Positions 9,490-18,600 of a stretch of 64,000 nucleotides of DNA are shown piece by piece (position 1 is the stretch's first letter; each line of letters starts with the position of its first letter). The stretch is from an uncultured Gemmatimonadales bacterium (GTDB lineage: Bacteria > Gemmatimonadota > Gemmatimonadetes > Gemmatimonadales > Gemmatimonadaceae). Made by a program: the position numbers and the translations under genes. Where the stretch lies: NCBI GenBank assembly GCA_963701965.1, contig OY969695.1, positions 480,001-544,000 on the forward strand. Reading direction: 5' to 3'. Under the pieces are notes generated by a model. That model was not told the DNA's origin. It worked only from the letters and a program-made list of their open reading frames with translations, and made no database searches.

Positions 9490-11216
9490 CCCTCTCCGTG
9501 CGAGCCGGCCCCACGTTCGTGTTGCGTCCGCCATCGATCACCTATTGGGTGCGCGGAGAGCCCGATGCCCGCGGCGAGACATTTGTCGATGCGATGTGCG
9601 CGCGGCTCCGCGATCCGCTGTGGACGCTGACGCGGCAGTGGCAGCTTGGCGAGTTCCTGGGAGGCGACGCCGGTTCGCCAGCCTTCGTGGAAATGGCGGA
9701 GCGTTTCGGCGCGCTGACCGCGTGGCAGGCCACGGGACAGGCGGTGGAGCCGCTGGGCGGCGGGCCGCTCGAGTACGAGAGCGAGCGCGAGCCATTGGAC
9801 GCGGATCTGGCGACGGCGATCGAGCTCGGGCAGACCGCCGAGCGGTTGCTCACCGAGCGCGGGGTGGCCGCGCTCATTCCGGCATTTCGGACAGCGTATT
9901 CGGTGAGCGCGACACCCGTCGACGCCAGCGACCCGTCCGACGTCACGTTTCGCAGTGTGTGCGCGTCGCGCGCGATCAATGGGGTGGCGTTGGCCGCGGC
10001 GGCCCAAGCGGCGCAGCCCGCTCTGCCGGCGACGCCGGCGATCCCGACGGCGGACCAACCGCAGGCGCTGGCCGCGATCAACGACTTTCTGGCCTGGGTC
10101 GCGGCGACCGTCGGGACGCTGGGCACTAGCGATCCCGGTGCGTGGCAACCGGCGACGCTCGGGTACGGGTTGGGGATCACGGGAACCGCGCCCGACGGCA
10201 GCGCGATCACTCTGCAAGCCAGCCCGGCCGACGATGGGCTGCTGGAGTGGTCGGCGCTGGACCTCACGCCTCCAACGGCGCCTGGATCCGCCGCGGCGAA
10301 GGCGCGGGGCGTGATGCCGGCCCACCTGCGATTCCCGGGCATGCCGAACGCCCGCTTCTGGGATTTCGAGACGTCGGGGTCGGATATTGGGTCGGTCGTG
10401 CCCGACAAGCGCGATCTGGCGCGGCTGGCGGTGATGGATCTCATGCTGGTGCACGGGAACGACTGGTTCGTGATCCCGGTCTCGCTGGCGCCCGGCGCGC
10501 TATACGAGGTCACGCAGCTCTTGGTGCACGATGTCTTTGGCGTGATCACGCGGGTCACGCGTGCGGATCAAGAGGCGATCTCGGCGGGCGCGTGGGCGGC
10601 GTTCACCACCAACATCGTTGGCCAGACCGCGCGCGCGCCGTTTTTCGTCTTTCCGCCGAGCGTTGGGGTGGCGATGCAGCGCGGGGCGCCGGTGGAGGAG
10701 GTGCAGTTCGCGCGCGACGAGCAGGCGAACATGGTGTGGGCGCTGGAGCTCGCGACCCAGAACGCGATCGGCGAGGGGTGGTCGGGTCACGAGCGCGATA
10801 TCGCGCGGAACGGCGGGGCGGCACCGCGGCCGCCCGCGCCCCAAGCGGCCGCGATCCCGCTCGTGTACGACATCCAGACTCGTGTTCCGGAGTACTGGAT
10901 TCCGTTTCTGCCGGCGCGAGTCAATGCGGTGACCGGCGCCGCGGCCCTCGAACGCGCCGCGATGCTGCGGGCCGATGGGACGCCGATTGAACCTGTGGGA
11001 CGCATCCTCCGGCCGTCGAGCATCACCGCCGGGTCGCCGTACCGCGTGCCGGAGGAGGAGGTCGCGCGCACCGGCGTCCGCATCGTGCGGTCGGTGTGTC
11101 GGAGCCGCTGGGTCGACGGCACGACCTGGCTGTGGGGCATGCGGCAGAGCGGCCCGTCGCGCGGCGAGGCGAACAGCGCGCTCCGGTTCGACGTCGCTCA
11201 GCCGAACAGCTCGTGA
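9486..11216 (+). CDS. conserved hypothetical protein (~576 aa), gene 4 of DUF6603 operon
   Basis: GTG at 9486 overlaps the upstream TGA. Motifs RDPLW-L-RQWQLGEF-G-DAGSP, FPGMPN-RFWDFE, GNDWFVIP, EEV-F-RDE-ANMVW, VPEYWIPF and EEEV-RTG...RW-DG...LRFD. Confidence 0.85.
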   Translation: MTLSVRAGPTFVLRPPSITYWVRGEPDARGETFVDAMCARLRDPLWTLTRQWQLGEFLGGDAGSPAFVEMAERFGALTAWQATGQAVEPLGGGPLEYESEREPLDADLATAIELGQTAERLLTERGVAALIPAFRTAYSVSATPVDASDPSDVTFRSVCASRAINGVALAAAAQAAQPALPATPAIPTADQPQALAAINDFLAWVAATVGTLGTSDPGAWQPATLGYGLGITGTAPDGSAITLQASPADDGLLEWSALDLTPPTAPGSAAAKARGVMPAHLRFPGMPNARFWDFETSGSDIGSVVPDKRDLARLAVMDLMLVHGNDWFVIPVSLAPGALYEVTQLLVHDVFGVITRVTRADQEAISAGAWAAFTTNIVGQTARAPFFVFPPSVGVAMQRGAPVEEVQFARDEQANMVWALELATQNAIGEGWSGHERDIARNGGAAPRPPAPQAAAIPLVYDIQTRVPEYWIPFLPARVNAVTGAAALERAAMLRADGTPIEPVGRILRPSSITAGSPYRVPEEEVARTGVRIVRSVCRSRWVDGTTWLWGMRQSGPSRGEANSALRFDVAQPNSS

Positions 11217-12265
11217 CGCCTGGCGGCCGTTGGGGAACCCGCGTTGGCCTGGCGTGGGCGGTCGCGGCGTCCGCGGCGGGAGCTCAGGCGCCGCCCTCGC
11301 CCGGCCTCGACACGGGCGCGCTCCGGGCCGCGGACGACCCGACGCATACGATGCGGGCGGTGCTGGTCCAGCGGCACGGCCGGCTGGTCGCCGAGCAGTA
11401 CTTCAACGGCGAGACGGCGGACTCCCTGCACGACATCCGCTCGGCCACCAAGACGATCACGTCGATGCTGATCGGGATCGCGATCGACCAAGGGCGCATC
11501 GCGAGCGTGCATAGCCGTCTCGCGACGCTCCTGTCGGTCCCGCAGGGTTGGCAGCCCGTGACGCTGGCCAATGTCTTGTCGATGAGCTCGGGGCTCGATG
11601 CGGACGATAACACCGCCGACTCGCCCGGCAACGAAAATCGCATGGACGGGCACGGCGATTGGCTGGCGTTCGCCCGGACGATTCCATTGGCGCGTCCGCC
11701 CGGCACCCGTTGGGCTTACGCCTCGCTCAACTACATGCTGCTCGGCGCCATACTTACCGAGGCCACGCACCAACCAGTCCCAGCATTCGCCCAGGCGTCG
11801 CTCTTCGATCCGCTGGGCATCCGCGACGTGCGCTGGACGGCCGATGCAGCCGGTCACACGTCGACGCAGGGCAACTTCCGCATCCGCGCCCGCGACCTGG
11901 TCGCGCTCGGACAGCTCGCGCTCGATCACGGCGTCTGGCACGGCCGCCGCGTGATCTCACGCGCGTGGTTGGACTCGGCCACCGTCCCCCGATTCCCCAC
12001 ACCGTTCGCGGGGTACGACGGGTACGGCTATGGGTGGTGGACCAACACGATGCCCGTCGCCGACCGCCGGATCTTCTACTACTTCATGTCGGGCAACGGC
12101 GGCCAGAAGGTCTACGTGGTGCCGTCCTTGGATCTGGTCGTCGTCGTGACGAGCGCCGGCTACAATCAGCGCTCGGCGCAGGACCGCTCGGAGCGGATCC
12201 TTCGCGACTATTCTGGGTGCGGTGCGCTAGGGATCGACTTACGCTGCTACGTCTACGTAGGCTGA
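11213..12265 (+). CDS. serine hydrolase, beta-lactamase/AmpC-like family
   Basis: SxxK (IRSATKT), WAY-S-N-LLG, YGYGWW and GNGGQ-VYVVP-LDLVVV. GTGA coupling to the upstream gene; signal-like N-terminus. Confidence 0.85.
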   Translation: MTPGGRWGTRVGLAWAVAASAAGAQAPPSPGLDTGALRAADDPTHTMRAVLVQRHGRLVAEQYFNGETADSLHDIRSATKTITSMLIGIAIDQGRIASVHSRLATLLSVPQGWQPVTLANVLSMSSGLDADDNTADSPGNENRMDGHGDWLAFARTIPLARPPGTRWAYASLNYMLLGAILTEATHQPVPAFAQASLFDPLGIRDVRWTADAAGHTSTQGNFRIRARDLVALGQLALDHGVWHGRRVISRAWLDSATVPRFPTPFAGYDGYGYGWWTNTMPVADRRIFYYFMSGNGGQKVYVVPSLDLVVVVTSAGYNQRSAQDRSERILRDYSGCGALGIDLRCYVYVG

Positions 12266-12454
12266 CGTCGAGACCGGACGCGGGATCGGCTGTCCGGCTT
12301 CCTGCAGTCCCTCGATGTGGAATGAAATGGCGTCACGCATGCTCTGCTCCACCTCGGCGCGATTGTGTCCCGTCGCAATGCAACCCGGCAGGTCGGGCGA
12401 ATACGCCGAGTAACCCGTTGGGGTTTCCTCGATCACAATCAGGTAGCGGCTCAT
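12239..12454 (-). CDS. hicB: type II TA antitoxin, HicB family
   Basis: MSRYLIVIEETPTGYSAYSPDLPGCIATG...EGL-E-G-PIP matches the short HicB signature. Confidence 0.9.
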   Translation of the reverse strand: MSRYLIVIEETPTGYSAYSPDLPGCIATGHNRAEVEQSMRDAISFHIEGLQEAGQPIPRPVSTSAYVDVAA

Positions 12455-12456
12455 AG

Positions 12457-12590
12457 TCACAGGCTTGCCTGCCTCAGCACGCTGTTCAACGCCCCGAGCT
12501 AGATGATCGTCTTCGCGGCCAGCGACTGTTATCGCTCCCGATCTCGTTAGGGGCTTGACCTGCCGGTGACAGTCGCGCGTGCGAGCGGCC
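12457..12590 (-). pseudogene. hicA: degenerate HicA toxin remnant
   Basis: CHRQVK-TRSGAITVAG-DDHLARG in one frame, then LNSVLRQASL* in a shifted frame ending 2 nt before the hicB ATG. No N-terminus. Confidence 0.7.
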
Positions 12591-12596
12591 GTGCTC

Positions 12597-12794
12597 TTAG
12601 GCGGCCCGAAAGTCCATCTTCCTGGCGTCAGTGACGCGACGGGAGGCGTCGAGGATTTCCAGACTGACCAGGTTGCCCGCCTCGTCATAGTCCAGAATGA
12701 TCCCGGGCTTGTCCTCGTCGCTCTCAGCGATCGGCCGACCCTCTTGCAAGAGTACCGATAATGTGTCGGTCCGTGAGTCGTAGGTCACTTTCAT
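12597..12794 (-). CDS. DUF2283 domain protein (putative antitoxin)
   Basis: MKVTYD-TD-L...ESDE-PGIILDYDE-GNLV-LEILDAS. Confidence 0.85.
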   Translation of the reverse strand: MKVTYDSRTDTLSVLLQEGRPIAESDEDKPGIILDYDEAGNLVSLEILDASRRVTDARKMDFRAA

Positions 12795-13048
12795 GTGCCC
12801 CCCTTCCAGTATTTCGCGATCTTGCTGCTACGGTATACCGTAACGACTTCCGCGGGTTGGCGCAGAACATCGACGAACACCCGAACGATATATCGACTCG
12901 GCGGGTCGCCGAAGTCAACCAGAGACTGGAGGACATCCCTGCCCGGCCGATGCGGGTGTCGCTCTCCGGGATCGCGAAGTACATCGCCAACCGTGTCGGC
13001 CGAAATCCCTCGTTGTGCCATCTCCTCCACAGCGTGCGGAGTAAGCAA
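12791..13048 (-). CDS. DUF4258 domain protein (putative RelE-like toxin)
   Basis: LTPHAVEEMAQRGIS...RVFVD...VVTVY-SSKIAKYW; 4-nt overlap with DUF2283. The true start may be ~13074 with a frameshift. Confidence 0.8.
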   Translation of the reverse strand: MLTPHAVEEMAQRGISADTVGDVLRDPGERHPHRPGRDVLQSLVDFGDPPSRYIVRVFVDVLRQPAEVVTVYRSSKIAKYWKGGT

Positions 13049-13265
13049 TACGACACGATCGGCTCGCCGGACACACAGCCAATTTACGTGGCCGTAGTGT
13101 GCCCGCCACGTGCGATTGCAACCGTCAGCTCGTTGGCCCTAGCGTAGCGAATTCTCGCGCGACACTGGCCAACACGGACAGACACGAACGTCCCGCGACC
13201 CGACGGCTATCGATCCCACCCAGGAGCGCCGGCCGACGTCGGCGTACCATCTCGCTCACAACCAA

Positions 13266-13352
13266 CGGAGGGGGCGGGATTCGAACCCGCGAGACCCTTG
13301 CGAGCCCACACGCTTTCCAGGCGTGCGCCTTAAACCACTCGGCCACCCCTCC
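13266..13352 (-). tRNA. tRNA-Ser (anticodon GGA)
   Basis: GGAGGGGTGGCCGAGTGGTTTAAGGCGCACGCCT-GGA-AAGCGTG, long variable arm, GGTTCGAATCC. CCA not encoded. Confidence 0.97.
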
Positions 13353-13385
13353 CTGGGACACGCGCAGGAGCGCGTGGACCGACAA

Positions 13386-13475
13386 CGGATGGGGTGAGAT
13401 TCGAACTCACGATACCGGGTTCACCGGTATGCCGGTTTTCGAGACCGGTGCCTTCAACCACTCGGCCACCCATCC
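13386..13475 (-). tRNA. tRNA-Ser (anticodon CGA)
   Basis: GGATGGGTGGCCGAGTGGTTGAAGGCACCGGTCT-CGA-AAACCGG, long variable arm, GTTCGAATC. CCA not encoded. Confidence 0.97.
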
Positions 13476-13526
13476 AAGTACTACGGAGCGCGAAACTTAG
13501 ACGATTCAGCCCCTGCCCCACAACCC
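13449..13526. repeat. direct repeat copy 1 (tRNA-Ser 5' end + upstream promoter), att-like
   Basis: 78 bp, 3 mismatches to 20692-20769 by manual alignment. Confidence 0.9.
13494..13523 (-). promoter_or_regulatory. putative sigma70 promoter of the tRNA-Ser pair
   Basis: TTGTGG-N18-TAAGTT followed by a GC-rich discriminator, ~18 nt upstream of the mature tRNA. Confidence 0.4.
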
Positions 13527-13765
13527 AGCGTGGGGATCGCTGGTCGCGCTCCCTCTTTAATTTACGAGATGACGGATCTCGCTTCACACCCAGGTCACTT
13601 AGGATGGACCTCCCGCGGGGCCATCCTGCTTCATGCTAACTGGCCGATCTATCCCGCCGAGCACGGGCCGGAGACGGCACTATTGACTCTCGGTCGTGCG
13701 CCTGAGCGAGGTATTCGCTTGGGTTGATTCGATGGTACCGAAGTCGTAAGATCAACCCGTTTCTT

Positions 13766-14224
13766 CTAAGGCGACATAGGCCAGGGCGGCACGAACTCGA
13801 ACGGTACGATGCGACGTAGCCGCCGGAAATCACTCTCGTTCTCGGTGACGACCGTCACACCGGCCTCTCGGCAAGAGAGTGCGATCATGATGTCGTTCAC
13901 GGTGTGCTTCGGAACACGACGGAGTTCAAGACCATCTTCGGCCACCAATGTGGCGAGCACTCGGCCAGAGTCTCGCCACACGGCAAAACTGGGCGTGATC
14001 ATTCGACCGCGTCGTTGAAACGGTTCGACGACAGTGCGATCAAATTGCTTCACGCCACCGGCGCTGCTGAGTCCCGCGCGTAACTCTTGAACGACTACCG
14101 CGCTGAGAAACTCGTACGGCGCGAAAACCGCGTGAAAATGCTTCAGCTGCTCAGCGCCCGCACGATCGCGATACCCGCGAATGAACAGGTTCGTGTCAAG
14201 CGCGTACTTCGTTGGAACTGACAA
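13766..14224 (-). CDS. vapC: PIN-domain toxin (VapC family)
   Basis: YALDTN, SAVVVQEL-AG, NDIMIA, VVTEN-SDF acidic PIN residues. Confidence 0.9.
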   Translation of the reverse strand: MSVPTKYALDTNLFIRGYRDRAGAEQLKHFHAVFAPYEFLSAVVVQELRAGLSSAGGVKQFDRTVVEPFQRRGRMITPSFAVWRDSGRVLATLVAEDGLELRRVPKHTVNDIMIALSCREAGVTVVTENESDFRRLRRIVPFEFVPPWPMSP

Positions 14225-14235
14225 CCGCGCAAATC

Positions 14236-14454
14236 CTAACGGTCAAACGCTGCGATCGGAGTGCCGACAAGCGCATCCACACCATCAACCAGTTCCTTAC
14301 GAAACAGAACCAAGTCGAGAGCAGTTTCGATGGCTTCGGTTTCCGTACTAGCGCCGAGAGCTTCGCGAGCGGCATCGAGGCGCGCCTGATCGAGCCGGAA
14401 ATTTTTTCGAACCGACTTGGGGCGCTTGGATTTGGGACGTCGGGTAGTAGGCAT
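14236..14454 (-). CDS. VapB-like antitoxin
   Basis: 72 aa, RKNFRLDQARLDAAREALGASTETEAIETAL (RHH-like); directly upstream of the PIN gene. Confidence 0.75.
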   Translation of the reverse strand: MPTTRRPKSKRPKSVRKNFRLDQARLDAAREALGASTETEAIETALDLVLFRKELVDGVDALVGTPIAAFDR

Positions 14455-14471
14455 CAGATTCCGTTGTCGTA

Positions 14472-14498
14472 TGTACAAATCAATGTATCGTCTGTACA
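14472..14498. promoter_or_regulatory. putative TA operator: two TGTACA palindromes 21 bp apart
   Basis: TGTACA at 14472 and 14493 in an AT-rich stretch just upstream of the antitoxin ATG. Confidence 0.45.
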
Positions 14499-14604
14499 AG
14501 AAGCGAGCAAGATGGCTATGGGCACATTTCTGGGCACATTTCGCTGCCGACGGGCGGCACCAGACGCAAAGCGGCGCTGACGATCAGCTGCGTCAGCGCC
14601 GCAA

Positions 14605-14700
14605 TGGCTCCAACGACACCGCCGCTCCGTGGGATAGCAGCCGCTGCGGATGCTGACCACGGGGAACCATGCTGTTGGGCACCAGCCGGCGAGCAACACG
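14605..14700 (+). pseudogene. internal fragment paralogous to the alpha/beta-hydrolase at 20920-21939
   Basis: WLQRHRRSVG*QPLRMLTTGNHAVGHQPASNT versus WLQQHRRSLGARPVRVLTTGNHAVGHLPASNA (21667-21762). Confidence 0.8.
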
Positions 14701-14745
14701 AGTCACTTCCTGGGCGCCACTCTTGCCCAGCCGCATCGCGACTCG

Positions 14746-15420
14746 CTAGAGGATCGAGATGGCATCCAGTATCGCGTGCGCGATCATGTTGCCACGGAGG
14801 CCCTTGCGGAGCCACGCGGCGAGGCCGAGCACTACGCCCCACACGCCGATCAGTATCACGTTCTTCCAGCCTTGATACGTGTGGAAGCCGGCGAAGATAA
14901 TGGCCTGTCCGATGATGCCTGCGCTCGTGAGGCCAGTCCATGCGGTGAGCTGCTGCTGGAGATAGCCACGAAAGATCGTCTCCTCGCAGACGCCGGCGGT
15001 GATCGCCATAAGGATCCAGCCCGCAACCTCGGCGCCGTTGTTGGGGATCATGCCGCGTGTCGATACCCAATCGGAGGGGCCCATCAATAGTATGATGAGC
15101 GGGGTGACGCCGAGGAGCACGGCGGCTAACACCAATGACGTCAGAATATCCCACGGAAGCGACCGTGGCTCTCGCAACACGCGAGCGATGGAGGCATTGA
15201 ACACGGCGTCCGATCCCCAGAGCGTGAGTGCGAACGTCGCCCATTCGAACAGCATGACGATCGCGTACATCGGCAGGTGGGGCAGTCGAGAGTCGGCCGA
15301 GGCCAGCCGAAGATAGACGGCCAGCGTCGAGAGCGTCGCGAGGAGCAGCAGCACCGCCAGCGTGTGCCACGCCGGCGCGATCGGTCGCGGACGCTCAGAA
15401 AGCGAAAACGATAAGCTCAT
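14746..15420 (-). CDS. CPBP/CAAX (Abi) family intramembrane protease
   Basis: EETIFRGY, FAGFH-YQG and AHAILD motifs; multiple TM helices. Confidence 0.9.
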   Translation of the reverse strand: MSLSFSLSERPRPIAPAWHTLAVLLLLATLSTLAVYLRLASADSRLPHLPMYAIVMLFEWATFALTLWGSDAVFNASIARVLREPRSLPWDILTSLVLAAVLLGVTPLIILLMGPSDWVSTRGMIPNNGAEVAGWILMAITAGVCEETIFRGYLQQQLTAWTGLTSAGIIGQAIIFAGFHTYQGWKNVILIGVWGVVLGLAAWLRKGLRGNMIAHAILDAISIL

Positions 15421-15678
15421 GTTGGCCCCATCCTGCCGTGTTATTCCCGTATGCCGACGAGATCAAACGTCCGCATTCGGTCGCCCGACAACAGTATAAC
15501 TGCTTGGGGTCGCTTAGAGGCGAGCACAACGCGACACATCCGTGACGTTCCCCCCGATGTGAGCCCGCTTAGGTTCGCCTTTGGTTCCGCGGCTCGCGGG
15601 CTCTGTACGAGAGATCGCAAGTGCTCTTTGGCCAGGTGGGTTGATCGACAAGGCAAAGGCCACTTTGGCATCAACTGA

Positions 15679-18600
15679 TCACTCGGCGCGCATCGCCGAC
15701 ATCGGGTCCACGGCTGCCGCCCGCAACGACGGCAGCAGTGTGGCCAGGAGTCCCATCGCGACGAGCGCCAGCGTTGCGACCAGCCAGGTTGGCGTGTCGA
15801 GTGGACTGAGCCCGTAGAGGTTCGCCGAGAGCACGCGGGTCACGAGCGCACTGCCAACCAGCCCGAAGGCTACCCCCACCAGAATCAGGCGGAACCCGCC
15901 ATTCACGACCAAGCCGACCGTGCGGGCCGGTGTGCTCCCGAGCGCCGTTCTGATGCCCAGCTCGCGGGTGCGTTGCGCCACGACGTAGCTCAGCACGCCG
16001 TGCAATCCCGCGACGACCAACACGACCGCGATGCCGGCGAAGAGTGTGATCGACACCAGGAAAAATCGCTGGCGGCGCACACTGTCGAGAATGACGTCCT
16101 TCATCGGCATGACCCGCGTCACAGCGGCCTGGGGATCGATCGAGTGCACGGCGGCCGCGACGCTACGGTTCACGCTCAGCGGATCCCCACGCACGCGGAC
16201 CATGATGTTATAGACCGAGGAGGAGGTGTACGGAGTATAGAACTCCGGCCGCGGCTCCATGAGAGGTCCCATGTTGCGGATCGTGCTCACGACTCCGACG
16301 ATGGTCGCCAGTGAGGTGTCGTTCGCGTACCATCGCTTGCCGATCGGGTCCTCGTTGGGGAAGTCGCGCTTCACCAGCGCTTTGTTGACGACGACTACCT
16401 TCGGTGCTCCCTCCTGCACGTCCGCCTCCTGCAGCAAGCGTCCCTCGAGGAGACGCTGTTGGGTGACGGCGAAGAATCCGGGGGTGACGTCGCGCACTTC
16501 GACGACTGGGAGGCGCGTAGGGACCTCCTTTGGCCGGTTTTCGTACTGCGCACCCGTATTCATGCCCCAGCGTCGAAATGGGATCTCGGAGATGGCGCCG
16601 ACCGCGACCACGCCCGGCACGCGGCCGATCGCATTGATCGTTGGGTTCAGAAACCGTTGCACCGATGTGCCCGGTGCGTACGCGACGGGCGAGATCGCGG
16701 TCTCCATGGTCAGCACGTGAGTCGGATCGAACCCCGGGTCACGATCGAGCAGCCGCGTGAACGCCTTTATGACGAGCCCGGCAGCGATCACGAGAATGAG
16801 TGAGAGCGCGACCTCGACGACGACGAGCGTGCCGAACGCGCGCCGAGCGCTCTGGCGCACCCCGCCGCCGCGTCCGCCGCGCAGCACGTCCTGCGGATCG
16901 ACTCGTGTCCCACGCCAAGCCGGCAGCGCTCCAGCCACGACGGCCACGAGGCCAGAGAGCACGAGCGCGAAGGGGATCGCCCGGACGCCGACAAAGACAT
17001 TGGAGAGTTGTGGCAGATCCTCGGACAGGTGCACGCCGGTCGCGCGGATGCCGATCCACGCGAGGAGCACGCCGCACGTCACGCCCGCGATCGCCAGTGC
17101 GAGGCTTTCGACGAGAACCGGACGCACGACATCCCACCGGGAGGCGCCGAGTGCGGTGCGGATCGCGTACTCCTGCTGGCGATGGACGCCGCGCGCGAGG
17201 AGCAGGCAAGCGACGTTGCTCGTCGCCACGAGAAGAACCAATGAGACGGCGCCGAAGAGGAGCATCAGGGGTCCGCGGACGTGGGCGATATCGTCGGCCT
17301 GCATCGGCACGGCGCGCACCGATTCCAGCCGGAAGTCCGGGTAGATTTTGGCGATGTCGGCGAAGCGCTGAGCCAATTCGCGATCGGCATCACTGGCGGA
17401 GGTCCCCGGTGCGAGCCGGCCGAACGCGCACAGGAAGTCCGACCCGCGCGTATTGAGCTCCCTCGGTGTGAACACCAGCGGGATCCAGACATCGGCTTCG
17501 AGACGGCGGTCACCGTGGGGCAGCCGAAATGCCGGCGGGAGCACGCCGATCACGGTCCGGGAGCGGCCATCCAATTGGATCGAGCGTCCGATGAGCGTCG
17601 TGTCGCCTCCAAACCGTGTCTGCCACAGTTCGTGGCTCAGGACGACGACGGGCGCATCGGTCGCGGCGTCGGCGCTGTCGAGTAGCCGGCCATGGGATGC
17701 CGACACGCCCAACGCGGAGAACGTGTTGCCGCTCGCTCGCATGAGATTGAGACGCTCGGCGGCATCCGGCAGCGTCACCAGTCCCGATGTCTGATACACC
17801 GCCGCGAGATCACGCAGTGTGTGGACCGAGCGCCCGAGATCCACGAAGTTGGGTGCCGATATGGGGCTGGTATCGAACTTCAACGCTTTGCGATAGACGG
17901 TGACCAATTCGCGCGCGTGGGCGAACGGGAGCGGTTGGATCAGCGCCCGGTCGATGGCGCTGTAGACCGCGGTCATCGCGCCGGTGCCGAGCGCGAGGCA
18001 GATGAGCGCGTAGACGGTGACGCTCGGGCTGCGGATAAGACCGCGCAGGCCGCCACGGACGTCGGCGGCGGTGACGAACGTGCGCGGTGTGCTCAGCGCC
18101 TCGGGATCTTGAAGCACGCGCATGACATCGACCGCTGAGCGGGGACGCTGACTGGGCTCTTTGGCGAGGCACTGGAGCAGAATGCGCTCCACGCCGGGCG
18201 GTACGTCGGACCGTCGCTTGGCGATCGGCTGCGGCGCTTCGGTGAGGTGCGCCGCCATGAGCTTTCGGACCGTCGGTCCCGTGAACGGCGGGGTGCCGAC
18301 CAGCATCTCGTATCCCACGACACCGAGCGCGTATAGGTCCGTTCGCGCGTCGACATCGCTGTCGCCGGCGATCTGCTCCGGCGCCATGTACACCGGCGTG
18401 CCAATGGACGTGCCTTCGCTGGTCATCGGCGCCCGCGTCCGCGATTTCGCGATACCGAAATCGGAGAGGACGGCGGAGTGCGCCGTGAGCAGAATGTTGT
18501 CGGGCTTGATGTCGCGATGGACGACGCCGTTTTGGTGGGCGAACGCCAGGGCGCGCGCGATGTCGATCAGGATGCTCGCGGTCTCGCGGACCGACATCGG

